Assembly: GCF_009914755.1 (NCBI RefSeq)
Contig: NC_060938.1
Direction: 5' to 3' (one strand)
Source: the human T2T-CHM13v2.0 reference genome, Homo sapiens
DNA length: 64,000 bases
Positions within the stretch are counted from its first letter, which is position 1. Each line of letters opens with the position of its first letter. A program made the position numbers and the translations under genes. Below the pieces are notes generated by a model that saw only the letters and a program-made list of their open reading frames with translations, made no database searches and had not been told where the DNA came from. Positions 1 to 14,865 of the stretch are shown piece after piece.

Positions 1-1254
1 CAAGAAGCGCCTTTCTCTGTAGGACCTCCTGCATCCCTCGCAAAGAAGCTAAGAAAAGGGTTCAATTAGTCAGTGGCATGGGGGATCAGGGAATTTTGAC
101 AAATACAAAACCCATCACAAAACCTGTACATTCAACTGGATTAAAAGCAACAATGTCTGAGTGCCTACGTGCCCAGTCCTGCACCAGGCCCCGGAGAAGA
201 TAGGAAACAGAGCCCAGTCCTACCCCCAAGGTGCCTGCACTCATTAGGTGTGACTGTGGAACAATGCCAAGGGGACAGTGTGAGTTGGGTGGTCACTCTT
301 GGTACTCCCAGGCATATGGGGGCCATTTGCAAAAGACCAGTTGGGAACTCCAGAAGGAGCACGACTGCCCTCTCAAGTGTAGGCATGTAACTCAGGGGAA
401 CGACAAGCTCTATGAAGATGGGGTGGGAGGGTTGCAAGCACCGGCAGTGTTGATTTTGACAGCCTTGCCTTCAGAGTTCCTTCTGCCACTGAGAAGCTGC
501 AGTCCTGGGCCACCGACAGTAGCTTGCTGCCTTGAAAGGCCAGCTTGGTTCACACTGGGCAATGGCCAGGACCTTTAACACCTTCATGTGAACACAAGGA
601 ATGGAGTAGGCAAACCTAACACTGATCATGGAAAATGAGCTCAAAAGCATGAGGCCACCTCGCTGTGAATCAACACTTCCCCTGTGCAGAGCATGTGAGA
701 AATGGCCCCTTAAACCTGGCTAGGAATGAAAAAGGTACTTTTTACTAGGGCAAGAGAAAAAGTCCTGGAGGAAACTGTTTATGGCTGGAACTGCAAGAGG
801 CCATTACCTAACGCCTCCAACATGGCACCTCCCAGCCTGGCATGAGACTGAGAGCAGTGAAAGGCTGCCAGGGGGTCAATGTGGCTGGAGACCATGGCTA
901 ACTTAGAACAGCAGTGACACAGCTAGAGAGAACCTCAGAAAGGACCCAACTGACCCAAGAATGGAAAAGGAAGCCCCATAGGGTCAAGCAACTCTCCCAA
1001 AGTTGCAGGAGTAATGAGGGGTAGAGTCTGAAGAATTTACATGGGTTAATATGTGGCATTAAATTTGCCCCTCACTCAAAGTCTACTATGTCAAAAGCTA
1101 TGTGCTGGGTATTGCCAATGTACCATGTGTATATGGAAAATTAGCAAGTAATCCATATTGAAAAGTAATTAATATGCACAACTTTCCCAGGACCTTTGAT
1201 ATTTTAGGGCAGAGGAAAGAATTTGGAGTAATTTGTAAAATAAATTACAACAAA

Positions 1255-1505
1255 ACCATAAAGAAAAAATGAAGTATTACAAAAGCCAGGATAGTATTTC
1301 CTCGTAAGGGAGAGAAGGGAGTTTGTGATTGGGAGGGGCACACGGAGGGCTCCCCAGGGGGCTGGCAAGGTTCTAGCTCCTCAGCAGGGTAATGACTACA
1401 GGATATTTTGCCTTATACTAATTAAAATTCATTAAATTAACCATGTGTTTCTGGGATTTTTGTTTTGCATTTGTGTTATATTTAACAACAACATGATAAA
1501 AGAAT
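1255..1505 (+). mobile_element. Old L1 (L1ME-like) 3' end fragment
   Basis: aaagccaggatagt...gggaggggcacacggagggctcc...tgtgttatatttaacaa resembles L1ME 3' termini. Confidence 0.6.
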
Positions 1506-2142
1506 AGTAACAGTTCAGGAAAAGTTTGTTAAATTTTCTGCAAATATCACTGAAAACTTAAGTATACAAGATTTTTTCTTAGCTAGAATCCCATCCATCA
1601 GAACTCTAAGCACATCCAAAAATCACTGCGCCCAAGACCCCTAGGTGTCTTGTGAGCTGCTGCACTGCACATGTACATATCTACAAATTAAAATGTGCAA
1701 ATGGAGAAGGGGCATTTCCTGACCAGTCAAGGGAAGCTTCCTGGAAGTGTCTGGCCCTGACTCTTCCACATTCCTGTACCTAAGATCCAGCATCCCTTCA
1801 CACAGGACAGCCCAGACCAAGTGGTGGGACAGGGGCAGGTGCAAGGCTAGGTGGATGAATCATCCCTCAAAGCGCAGTGAGGTGCCCAGTGTGCCACCAG
1901 CATAATGTACCTAAAAATGAGGCCTGGGAGCCCTGGCACAGGGCCTTCCTCCCTGCCCTCCCATTCTCCCATCAGACCAAGCAAAGAGGACAGCAGCACC
2001 AGGGGCCCCACCGGATGGCACACCAGAATGCCCCAGCTTCTGCACCCTCCTGAGACAGAAGGGGACTGTGGGAATCCCGCAGGGTAGACTTAGGTAGTCC
2101 AGCCCTGCAGCTCAGCAGCTGTGGGGGTGGGACGTCTCTCAC

Positions 2143-2260
2143 CGTCAGTGGCCTGCAGACTGTACGTGAGCCCCAGAGCTAAGTAGCCTTTGGCCTTGAA
2201 CTCTGACGTTTTCTCTCCCACATCAACGACAGTTTTGGCAAACTTTTCAGCCTCTTCCAA
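2143..2260 (-). CDS. TTC7B: TTC7B internal coding exon (~exon 12, 118 bp): [39 protein letters not shown]
   Basis: Peptide matches recalled TTC7B. Acceptor ttttaacttgtctcatttttcag|TTG, donor ACG|gtgaga. Phase 0 to 1. Confidence 0.96.
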
Positions 2261-3743
2261 CTGAAAAATGAGACAAGTTAAAAACAACAACAACCTGCAG
2301 AATTTCTAACATGAGTTCCCATAAGCGTCTGCTGCCAAAATTGGATTTCTGATGAGTCACTTTGAAAATGACTCTCAAATCTCCCAATCCCACTCTGGTG
2401 ATTCTGTTTTCTTTCTTGAGCTCTCTAACAGTTCGCAGGATTCCTACCTTGCTTTTTCTCCTTAAAGTTTTTCTTACTGCTTATTTGCCTTCTTTTCCAA
2501 AGTTGCTTTCATATTTGGTGGGGGTCTATCTTTTTCATCTTTATTTTTTACTGACTGGTTCTATAATGAAGTTGTGCTAGGTATGCAGAAGTTGAACTGA
2601 ATATATTTGTAAAGAATCAAGTTCTTGAAATGTTTTATGTTTGAGCCTTTCTTTCCCCCCCTACCCAGGATATAAAGAATCCATTTAGGCTTGGATTCTC
2701 TTTGCCATGAGCTGTTATAAATTTCAAAACTCCATCCACTTATTTTACAAACCACAACACATGTACCTTGTGCCAGCAGATTCCAATGAGAAAATGTGCA
2801 CCTGTAAACTACACCCACAATAAGACCTGGTGCACAATTCATTAGAGGCAAAAAGAGTAAGATTTGTTCCATTGAAGTATGGCAAATGTTGATGATATTG
2901 AAGTTGGGTGATAAGACACTGGAGTTCATATACTCTTGAGTTTTGTGGTATTTGGAAATTTTAATAATAAAAATGCAAGAAAAAATATACAGAAAAGATT
3001 TGTTACTCTTATTTTTTTTTAAAAAAAGAGGTCTATTTAAGGCATTTCAAGATGTATATGTTACAGTAATAAATAAAGCCAGAGCTGGGAGGAGGGCAGT
3101 AGTCACTGCTGGGAACTGGCACGTTCCAAATGCAAAGGTTGTGTCCACTCCTCCGCCTGCCCACTCCTGGAACCGCCTGCACCATCCCCTTGCCTGCTCA
3201 CAGCCCCAAACTGTCAAAACCCACGTGACCAAACTACACTTTCACAGCTGTGTGTTTCAGGTGAGAGCCTGTGCTTTCAAAACATCTTTTCTACATTTTC
3301 CCAAGCAAAATGGAACTAAAGTGGAACACTCTTCACTAGGCTTACTTTTCTCCTGCTGGGTGAGAATACATGGAAAAACCAAAGAGCAAGGATATAAGGG
3401 TGAACAACCTGAGTTTGTAAGATGCTTCGGTCTTTTTTGAGCAAATCCTTTTTATTGCTAATCTTGACATGAAGTTAAAGAAAAGAAATTAGAACCCTAT
3501 CGTATGTGGCAATTATCTATACCACCATCTCGGCAATTAGACTGAGTTTTCTATTTTCTACTCAAATGATGTATTTTCTGAGGTACTAGAATTGTTACAA
3601 ATCAGGATATTGCCAAATTCAAATCTGAACAAGAATATTTGAAGAAAAACGCGTATGTGAAGGAATAGAAATGAAGACAGTTGAATTTAACATATGAGCT
3701 GAAATATAGGGTGACTCCTTGCTCTGTAGAAAGTCCCAGGCTC

Positions 3744-3969
<226 letters not shown>

Positions 3970-4323
3970 TCAGCCAGGGATGCTAATTCAGTGACGTGTC
4001 TCTTCTCAGTCCCACATTGCTTGAATAAAGCAAGATGTATGGGAGTATGAATTATAATTCTGTCTTATTATCATTATTCCTGAAGCACAATCCCATAGGA
4101 AAAAACCCCTGGAGTACCCCAGAGTACTCCTCAGTCCTTGGGGGAGTGGATGAGGCCTGAGGAGGCCAGGGGCCCAGGCCCAGGGTCCGTGGCTCTACAC
4201 AGTCTTGTCTTTGTACAGCTGATGAATCACCCTCGCTTTCTCTCTGTGCCTCGACATGAAAAAAATGGGCAGTCCTGGCCCAGAGTCCTCTGCAGGAGCG
4301 GGGAGGGGGGCGCCCCTACTCAC

Positions 4324-4428
4324 CCAGTGCAGGGAGCCCATGCAGAGCTTGGCAGCGAGGAGAGGGATGGTGGCATCGTCCGGCTTCAGGCGGATACACT
4401 CTTTCAGCACCTTCACGGCACGGGCAGA
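4324..4428 (-). CDS. TTC7B: TTC7B coding exon (~exon 11, 105 bp): SARAVKVLKECIRLKPDDATIPLLAAKLCMGSLHW
   Basis: TPR-like peptide matching TTC7B. Acceptor cttctcttgccaag|TCT, donor TGG|gtgagt. In frame with both neighbours. Confidence 0.96.
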
Positions 4429-4844
4429 CTTGGCAAGAGAAGATTATTTCCGTGAAACTCAAAGTGTTTGACAGAACCGAATACTACAGCCTTCTCAGAG
4501 GGGTTTTTGGTCAGGGTGACCTCCTCGTGGGCTTGTCCAACTTTAAGCCCAAGCAAGCGGGGGCCTGAGGTGCATGAAAACCAGAGCCTGCGGCTTCTGA
4601 GTGACTGGGGAGTACACTGGGTTAAAAGCCAGCAGGAATGCTTCTCTGGCGCCACCTGAATTTCATTCCATACTTGTGTAGCTATTGGAAAATTAAGAAA
4701 AACATAAAGATGGTGGAAGTTTGTTCTTATAAAAGGTAAATATCTAATTTAAGGCACAGAATACTGAATTTCTGAATTCACTTAGCTCAAATAATCTTCC
4801 ATCTCAGGCTTCATTCGCTAAATGGCCCAAATTAGCAAGAAAAA

Positions 4845-5090
4845 CAATAGCTACGACCTCTGTTGAGTGTATACACAGCAAGGAGCGTGCCTCTAAACAC
4901 CTCTGGTGTAGCATCTCATTCTCCTGATAACACATCTATGGAGCAGGTGCTGTTCTTACTCCATTTTACCGAGGAAACTGAGCTGCTCAGTAACTTGCCT
5001 GGGTCACTCAGCTGGGAGAGCAGCATCAAGCTTCTATCCTGCCGTTGGACTCCCTCAGCCCACATTTTCATCCAGTATCATGCACTGCCT
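4845..5090 (-). mobile_element. MIR
   Basis: MIR core ccattttaccgaggaaactgag...taacttgcctgggtcac. Confidence 0.7.
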
Positions 5091-5453
5091 AATATAACAC
5101 ATTGCTCAAGATAACCAACAGGTTTCCCCTCCAGGAATCAGCTTAACTCTCAGATGAGTGGAGGTGTCTGTGTAAAACATCAGCTCTAGTTTAAGCCATG
5201 TCCATGACACCTGATGAAGTCACAATGACTGGAAAAAGACAAATATTTCAGAATTTTTCTTCTCAGTGATAAGTCCATCTTGGCTCCCCAAACAATTAAA
5301 TCTGATTGTTCACTGAGAACGGACCACGATAGTTTCTCAGAGTGGCTCGAAAGACTTCCACAAAGTCTATCATTCCGTGCAATTCCATGACATTCAACTC
5401 TTTGGCCTTAATAGGAAAGGCATAAAAAACTGCCCATCACAAAAGGGACTCAC

Positions 5454-5537
5454 TTTTCCAGCAGCCATCAGGGACAGAGCAAACTGGTACCACAGGTGGA
5501 ATTCCTCAAAGGCAAACTTCATGGCTCTTTCTAGGCA
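5454..5537 (-). CDS. TTC7B: TTC7B coding exon (~exon 10, 84 bp): [28 protein letters not shown]
   Basis: Acceptor tttttctttcccaaccag|TGC, donor AAA|gtgagt. TTC7-family peptide. Confidence 0.96.
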
Positions 5538-6356
5538 CTGGTTGGGAAAGAAAAACAAATGCAGACATCTGAGAATCACTGGTGCCACAACTGCACAAGT
5601 GTGAGTTTGTATCTATGCACACTAAGGTAAGTCCCATAAAATCTGCTTCCCTTGAATGCTTAAAACATAATCCACCACCAAACGGCTCCTACGGAGTCCC
5701 CACACAGGATGATGCACCATGCCGGTGGCCAGGACAACCTACAACTGACCAGAGCTGTGACAATCCCTGCCCTCGAGTAGCTTTGTATCTGGCACAGGAA
5801 AAGAGGCAAATACACCAACAACACAAAGACAAAGACAAACTCAGGAGTGCCCCCAGGGCGAGAAACAGGACTGTGGTGAGGTGATCCCAGGAATCAGGAA
5901 TGGCATCAGGGAGAACAGAAACTGAGCTGGGCCTTCCCCAGCCCAGCCCCACTATGAGACACCATCAAAGGCAGAAACCACAACTTCTTTATCTTCTCAG
6001 TACTGGTGCATTGCCTGCCGTGGTGAGTAATCTACAAACGGACTTCCCTCTCAGTCAGCGAGGAGCCTCTGGTCCCTGCACAGAGTGACATGATGACGTT
6101 AGAGCTTTAGGAAGATCGTGGGGGACTGGGGTGAGTGGGGTGAGGTGGAAGACCCTGATGGAGGCAGGCCAGGAACAAAGTGGATAGAATGGTCCAGGGG
6201 TTTCAGAATCAAGAAATGTGTCCGAGGTCAAATCAGCAAGGATGGGTCACCTGTGGAAGCATGCGGGGACTGGGGAGGCACAGGAGGTGCCCAGAGTTTC
6301 TGGCTTGCATACCTGGGGGAGAATCCATGCCACAGAAGGCCCTTGTGTATGCACGA

Positions 6357-6440
6357 GTGTGATTGTGTGTGTGTGTGTGTGAGAGAGAGAGAGTGTGTGG
6401 AGTGTGTGTGTGTGTGTTTGAGAGAGAGGGAGAGAAGGGG
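6357..6440. repeat. Compound (TG)n/(GA)n microsatellite
   Basis: Directly visible. Confidence 0.9.
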
Positions 6441-7252
6441 AGGTGTTTTTTTTTAGGAGAAAGGGAGAATGGGGAAGGAAGCTGTCATGAATGAGTTTAG
6501 CACGGGAAATACTGAGTTCAAGGCATCATGAGGTAATTTACCAAAGACATTCTGGGACCTCAAGAAAAAGATCTAACAGAAGACAAACATTTGAGAAAAG
6601 AGCTGAAGTTACTAGAAGAGATCAGATCAGTCCAGAAGAGTATTCAGAGGCAAGGCAGTGGGGCCAGACCATGGAAAGGGAGAGAAAAGGGATCTGGAAA
6701 GGAGGGCGAAGAAGGGATCTGGGTGGGAGGGCATGCAGCAGTGTCACAACACAGAGAGGGACCCGAGAAGGGGCCAATGGGGCCAGCGGCAACGGAGGCC
6801 AAGAAGCCACCACAATCAATCAGGTGACGAGCTCCGCACGTGTGGCTTTAGGGGACACGGGAGGAGAACACAGGCCATGGGGACCAATAAGCAAAGAAAA
6901 GATGGAGATGAGGTATGAAGGAAGGATGTGTGGGGTGAAGAAAGGTTATCTATGTGTTAATTTTTCATAGAGGCAACTCAAGCCTCTCGCTAACATGAGC
7001 AGAACCAGCATGCAGAGTGAAGACTCTGGGGAGATAAATTAGGTCCCAGAAGACTAGAGAGAGCCAGGTCCCCGGAACAAATGTATCCCTGCTGAGAGGC
7101 CTTCTCCTACAGAGGCAAGATCCTCCAGATAAGGAGGAGAGAATGGCAGGTGGTGTCGGGCCCAGCCAGTTTTCTCTGTAAAGATGGAATGAGGTGGGTG
7201 CTGGGAGGAAAAGAAAAGAATAATGGCAGGAGGTTTTAAAAAGAACAGAGGC

Positions 7253-7674
<422 letters not shown>

Positions 7675-8099
7675 TCAGCTCAGAGACTGGTGCAACCACG
7701 CAGTGGAGCCTGCACCACTGTGTTGCCACCTTCTCTCGTGCTGCTAGGAGGCCAGTGCAGGAGCACAGGAAAATGATGGGATGTTCAGGATTCACGGACA
7801 GTGAAGGAAGGAGGGCAAGGAGCTGCAGTGAAGGTGACAAATGGGTAAAGGTAAAGTGAGGTGGTGGGAGAGGAGAGAAAAGAATTCTAGAATTTTAAAT
7901 GATATATACAGAGGTCACACAGTAAATATCACGCTAGTTGGTTTACTGTGAAAAGCTGTTCTGACAAAAACATATTCTATTTAAAAGCAAAGTAATAAGC
8001 ATTAACAAGCACCTAGTGCTTGGCGATGGCACAGGGTGGGCATCCGAAGACCTTGAGCAAGGTGAGCACGGGCAATGTGTTCAGCTCAGGGCTGGCTGC

Positions 8100-8411
8100 G
8101 GGCCTCATCCTACGCCATGGGACGTCGGCAGGAGTGGCTGGGCGAGGCCTCCAGGAGAGTCCTTTAAAAGCAGGGCATTCTCTGCCAGCACACACTTTGC
8201 CCTCAGCCCTGCCCCTTCACAGCCGGAAGTAGGGTGGCCAGGAACACTGAGCAGAAAGAGAAAGCGCGTGGCCCTGATGCCATGAGGCGCTGCAGCTGCT
8301 GCACCAGCCTCTCACAGGCTTCTTGCAGGGGGAACCAAATAAATTCCTCTTTGGCTAAGCCACTGCATGCCGGTTTTGTTAATTACATCTGAATATACTC
8401 CTCACTAGTGC
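8100..8411 (+). mobile_element. MaLR LTR (MLT1-type) fragment
   Basis: 3' end aaataaattcctctttggctaagccactg...tgttaattacatctgaa typical of MLT1J/K/L LTRs. Confidence 0.55.
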
Positions 8412-9754
8412 GGACACCAAGCAGCAGACCTGGAATCTGAACCTGAACCCAGGGCCCTCTTAGCTGCTTTGCTGTACTGAGGAAGGTGTCACTGTGCCTT
8501 TAAGGAGCACAGCGGGGAGGCAGAAATGAAAGCAGCATGCTGAGACCAAGTAGGCAAGACAGGGTGGCGGGAGAGACGTAACCCAGGTCTGGGAGGCATG
8601 GGCTGGGACTAAGTAGGGGAGGACAAGTGTGATGGAGGATGCTAAGCAGTGAAAAGCTAGCAATACCTAGAAACTGACTTGGGGATGGGGATGAGGGACG
8701 ATGGAGGAGGAGGAGATGAGAATGATCACTGTGGCTGAAATAAGACACGGGAGCCGGTATGTGGAGAGATGGTAGATAATCAAAAATAAGGATTATTCTA
8801 ACAGCCCTACTCAACCAATACATTGCAATAACACCACCAAGTACTTCAATATACTTAGTAAGTACTTAAACACTAAGTACTTAAACATTTATATGTTTAA
8901 ATGGTTTTTTTGTCCTCCTTTTGCTAAGAGGAATGATAAATATCAACTGTTTTCCTGATCAACAAAAGGAGCTCTGCAGCTGAAACAGCCTGTTCTGAAT
9001 CAAAAAGCTAGATGCTATAAATAAGTATGCACCCTTCTTTTCTTGCATGCCAAAGGCTAACAGCCTCATTAAACTCTGTGAAGCACATTCACCGGAGGTC
9101 TAATTGGTATAGAACTGCATTCCAGGTGCTACAGGAAAGAAAAACAGCCCCAGTCCTCATCAGGAGTAGAATCACGGGATCCTGTGGCTGGAGATCACTT
9201 GGGGAGCATCTAGTTGAAGCCCTCAAAGGAGAGGGCCCTTGTCATTCTGGCTGCCTGTTACTTCAAAACTCTTCTGATTTTGGCAGGGGGGACGAGCAGG
9301 CACTCCCAAGAAGAGAAGCGATAGGAATGTGGCACACGCGTGGCACGCAGACAGCCAATCACAGGCTCCTGCCAGCCTCTGAATCTGCAGGTAGGGAGGC
9401 AGGGAAGGGGCCTCTGGACCTCGTTCCAAGCAACCTGAGTGAGCTGGGACCTCCCAAATTGGGGCAGGGCCCTTGTCTCCCTGAATCTGTTCCAGTCTCT
9501 TCTTCAGCCTCTGGTGGAACTGGTGAGCTTAGCAGTGCAGATGGATAAGTTACTTTTCTGCTTAACAAGTCCGGTTCCATCACCTACAGCCAAGGCCCCG
9601 AAGGTACGCCCATTCAAACACTTCAGGCTCCTCCTGTAACAACCCTTACCTTCCAGCCCCCAACAAGTTGTAGAGCTTCTGCCTGAGACCCCTTCAGAAT
9701 AGGGAATACACAACCTGAATGGCAGCTAGAAATACAGTTTCAAGGTGCACAACA

Positions 9755-9945
9755 GATTGGGTGTGTGAATTCAGGCAAGCAATTAACCACTGTGTGCCTA
9801 GATTCCCCACTGTAAAATGGGAACTATGACAGTAATTAATGCAGAGAGTTACTAAGATTAAATTAGTTACTACATACAATGCCACAGGAAATAGCTCCTC
9901 AGAAACAGGCTAGTGAGTACTAAACAAAAGTTAGCTATTATTCCT
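9755..9945 (+). mobile_element. MIR
   Basis: ggcaagcaattaaccactgtgtgcctagattccccactgtaaaatggg...gattaaattag. Confidence 0.7.
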
Positions 9946-10204
9946 TTTTAAAAATTTTAACATTCTTATATTAGGAATGGAAACACAACAAATTGTATCA
10001 TACCTATCACTTTACCCAGATTCAATGTATGAAAACTCAAATTTACAATGCATTATATCAGAAATAAATATCTTTACAAAATATTTACAGAACTTTGTGA
10101 AATGTTTCCTCATTTTAGAAAAGGATTCAATCTGAGACCCTTGAGAAGAGGGCACAACTTTACAGAACTGGACCGGAATGTATGCTTATTCTTTATTACT
10201 TTAA

Positions 10205-10460
10205 CAAGTGTGGTAACACTTACTCTGTAGCCAGGCACTATTTTAATTACTTTACAAGCATCGCCTCATCGGGTGACCCTAAGGACCCTGCAAAGTACAA
10301 GGCAGGTAGGCCCCTTTATCATCGTCCATTTGCAGGTGAGGAAACTGAGATGCAGAGTTGTTAAGGGGGTACGCGGGCCTCAGAGTTGGTGGTGGAGCCA
10401 GCTGGGAGTGAAGCGGTCTGCTTCCAGAGACTGAGCTCTTCACCACAACACTACTGCCTC
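10205..10460 (-). mobile_element. MIR
   Basis: ccatttgcaggtgaggaaactgagatgcagag core. Confidence 0.7.
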
Positions 10461-11411
10461 TGAAACTTTAATTATATTGTGCCACTCACACTTCATTTAT
10501 CAGGCCCACTCATGCTGCAGAAAGCAAAGGACAACTAAATAAAAGGCCCCTAAAAAGGCCACATGCTTCTTGAACTGTTTCAGAGACTCAGCGATATGGT
10601 TTTTTTTTTTGCTGCTAATGGGGACCCTTGCTTGAGGCTACTAAGGACTGAGACCTTTCCAGCTAGTAGAAGTGTCAATCAACTTTACTGATCCCACGAT
10701 ATCCACCAGCACCACGGCAGCCAGTGGTGCCACGTCTCCAGCCCATCGCAAAGTTCTCAATCGACAAAGATTACATGAGTCCTGTGTTTCCTCTACAGGC
10801 AGCATCTCTCCCAGTTCCCTCCTAGTTTGGACCTCTTTCTCATAATGATAACAACCCACCTCCCCTAACAAGCCATGAGGGTGTCCTAAAGAGAGTTAGG
10901 AAATCTGGGTCAATTACAGATTAGCCCTCCACCCCAATTCAGAGGTGTGTGAGCTCTGGCATCACAGCCGATGGCGCTGCCTGCCAGTGGGCTCTTGGCA
11001 TCTTATGAGATACAGTGACGGCACGCCGGCTTTGGAAAAGCACCCAGACAGCTTCAGATGCTCCTGAAATGCTGATGCCAAGCATGCTGCCTGGATATAT
11101 AACATGTCCTCCCCTATGTTTCCGTAAACATGAAGATTACATAAACCCCTAAGCAGCTCAGGTCAACCATACCTCAACTACAAAAGGAGACTCCCTGCCA
11201 AAAAAATGCACCCATGGTAAAAAGGAATGTGGGTTGTCACTGGGGGCTTTTGCTATCCACAACCGTCGCCCCTTAGGCTGTTTGCTCATCCCAGTTATGT
11301 TTGCCTACCCCTTTTTAAGAACCCTACCGTATGTGTATGGGACAGAGTAAAAAACTGCAGTTTTAATGTTGTGGGGAGATGGAGAACATAAAATAAAAGC
11401 ATTCACATTTT

Positions 11412-11720
11412 TTATTTTTTTAATATTTATTTATTTTGAGACAGGGTCTTGCTCTGTCACCCAGGCTGGAGTGTGGTAGCATAATCTTAGCTCAGTGCAA
11501 GCTCCGCCTCCTGGGATCAAGCGATTCGCCTGCCTCAGCCTCCGGAGTAGCTGGGATTACAGGTGCCCGCCACCAGGCCCAGCTAATTTTTTGTATTTTT
11601 AGTAGAGATGGGGTTTCACCATGTTGGTCAGGCTGGTCTTGGACTCCTGACCTCAGGCAATCCGCCCGCCTCGGCCTCCCAAAGTGCTGGGATTACAGGC
11701 TTGGGCCACCATACCCAGCT
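11412..11720 (-). mobile_element. AluS-like element with 13-bp TSD
   Basis: Full reverse Alu; TSD gcattcacatttt at 11399-11411 and 11721-11733. Confidence 0.95.
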
Positions 11721-13261
11721 GCATTCACATTTTAATAATGGTTCCAGTGAAAAAGATGCATTGATGAAAACGGACTTTTCAGAAGATGGCAGGTGTTCTG
11801 TGCATGGGGGGCATATAAGAGAGTGCTTTAATCACTCAAGCCCAGCTCGCAGGGCGTGAGGACAAAAAGAGCAGTCACATGGTAAAGGCACTGGTTCTGG
11901 GGCCAGGCTGCCTAGGCTTAATCCAAGCTCCTCACTCCCAGCCATGGGGTTGTAATGGGGGTTAAATGCAGAAATACATGTGAAATGCTCAAAAGAGTGG
12001 CCCACAATGAAGGCTATCAATGGGTTGGCTTTTATGAAACAAAGCAAGAGTAGATCTTCAGGGTTCTGAAGGGCAGATGAAGGGGAGAATGAGAACCCCT
12101 GGGAATGAGGGTGGGCATGCCAGTGGATGGCAAAGGCAGTGTGAATAGGAGTCTTTGAGTGGCATGAGCTAGATTCTGGCCCCTTTTCCACTTGTGGAGT
12201 CCAGCAGAGGGATGGCAGTGTGGGCCTAGGAAGGGAAGTGGGGCCAGTCCAGGCTGCAGATCCCTGAGTCACCCACACAAAACAGCAGGTGACATCTCCA
12301 AATCACCTCCCTCACAAGAAAAGAAGATGGATTTGGCAGTGGTATTATTTCTACCAGGAAAGATAGGTCCATTCGCTGTAATCACATGACTGCCACCTCT
12401 CTAATCCCAGATAACATTCATTTAATACCATGAATATTTGGTAGAACAATAATTAGACTCTAAATGGCATCCTAATCATTTAAGTGCGAGTCAAAATGTC
12501 ACTTGCGAAAACGTTTCCTTTTGGTAGCAAGAGCTTATGCCTTTCCAGTCTCTTTTTCCAGCTTTTCATAAATCAGCCATCTCTGAGGGGGCTCCAGGAA
12601 TGAGAAGCTTTTCTGGCATCAGAAAGGGATTTAGCAATTACCTCCCTAGTACACAAAGCCCAGTTACACAAACTGGGTGCGCGGCAGCGACAGCTGTACA
12701 GTACCACAAGCACAGCAAAGCCAAAGTCTATTTTTGGAATTCAAGAGTAAGATTCTGCATCCAAATCCCACTGGGGAGGGGGCAGAAATAAAATAATCAG
12801 ATACCCCTCAAATTTAGCCTGAAGTCTACGTCCAAAATTCATCACTATTAAAAGACAACAAATAGCATAGTGAACTGTCATCATTATTTACCTCATAGAC
12901 AGGTCAGCCATATCCTAAAAGTTCTTATGACATAGATCCTTCAGTTCTTCAGGGAGACTTTCTCTTCCACATCGTGTATACTTCACGAGTCAGTTAATCA
13001 AATTCCTTGCAGTTGTGTAACTGATTGTTTTTAAACATGATATATACAAAATATTTCACTTTGTTAACTTTTAGCAATAAAAACCTCTGTAAGCTATTCA
13101 GACATTTTGGGCCATCACCTTATACCCACAGACTGACAGAATCACAGAGCAATTTGAGGCCTTTGAGATTATCTGATCCCATTCTTACTTTACAGATATC
13201 GAAACTAAGACCCAGAGAGGAGACAGGACCTCCCCAGGGCTGCACACAGTGGCAGACCTAG

Positions 13262-13614
<353 letters not shown>

Positions 13615-14507
13615 TAAATTAACTAAAAATGAAAGTACAAATTAAAATGGAGTTTGAGAGGTCTATCTACAGGAGCCTGGGTCCAGGAAAAGCTTCTAAA
13701 AGGCATATTTATGGGACTCTCAGCTACAAATAAAAGTCCCCCTCCTTGCCCCAAGTTTGGAGAAAACATAGACATCAAAGCTTGCTCAAGTTTTCTCTCC
13801 TTATGTTGGAAATAAAGCAAATGTATCCATGCCCCACCTCTTCCCATTTCTCTTTTTGCTTTAAAACAGCAATACTGCTCCAAGCAGGGAAGTCTCAGTT
13901 TTATTGCTTTGGCAAACACTTAAAGGATATCATTGCCTCTGGCCACAGTGAGAGGAGTAGAGTGGGTTGTTTTCAAAGGTCACAGATTTTATTATAGAAT
14001 TTGAATGCTGGATGCGGTTTTCTGGCATGCTCTCCTCTCAACTCTACGAATCAAGTAGACCAAGCTTGCACATTGAGTAAGGGGTCTCCGGGGTCCTACT
14101 CAAATACTACTCCATCTGCTGCTTTGCCAATGTAGCTGTTCCTTGCAAAATGCAGTGAATTCACAAAATGGGCATTCCATTCCTCCTGTCTCCTCAATTG
14201 CCTCTCACCTTTTGGTCTTTTCAGTCTCTCTTCCCTGGCTTGGGGCACTGGGTTTTAACCCTTCAACCATGGCTGCCACTTAGCCCATGCCAGGACTAAG
14301 GGAGGAAGTAAGGAGTTGAGAGTGCGGCAGCCTGGGACATACCACGTACAAAATAGTTGCATGGTAAATGCTTGAATGAAGGCTGGACAGAGAATTGGGA
14401 TCCATTCTTTTGGAGATCCTTTAAGGAGGGCCACAGCAAACATGGAGGCAGGGAGGAGTACTGGAGTTGCCAAGACTGGAGACAACGACATAGCAGAAAG
14501 GACAGAA

Positions 14508-14865
14508 GAAGGGTCGCTGAGCTATGGCCTGAGGGCCCATTATGACCTACTGCTTGCTTTTAGAGCCCAAAAGTTAAGAATTGCGTTTATAGCTGAACAT
14601 ACACCATCAATTTGGTGAGAGGGGGTATTAACTTTAAACCCAAATTAAGCAAAATGTTATCCCCTACCCCCGCAAACAACCCCATTCTTCTCATGCATGG
14701 ATCTATATTACAAAAGTTGTACTCATTATATTTTGAGTTTCATTGATTAAAATTTTGCAGAAATTTGTTTTCTCTCGTTATACCTACATGCTATTCTTGG
14801 TTTTGTCTCTTAGCCTTTGAAGCCTAAAATATTTAGCATCTGACGCTTTAATTTGCTGACCCTTG
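14508..14865. mobile_element. hAT-Charlie non-autonomous DNA transposon (MER58-like)
   Basis: Termini aagggtcgctgagctatggcc ... aagcctaaaatatttagcatctg...tttgctgacccttg resemble MER58 terminal inverted repeats (TIRs). Confidence 0.65.

Noticed and set aside
9027-9548. 173-aa ORF, and similar 150-170 aa ORFs at 2943, 6491, 18867, 23955 and 29424
   Set aside because: No family resemblance or splice-compatible exon structure; typical spurious intronic ORFs.
11436-11859. Alu-derived ORFs (also at 13280, 53351, 55018, 58603, 60276, 61634)
   Set aside because: Translations of antisense Alu sequence ([20 protein letters not shown]), not genes.
12201-12212. CTCF-like motif ccagcagaggga
   Set aside because: Mismatch at the conserved GGC position; a single imperfect motif is not supportable.
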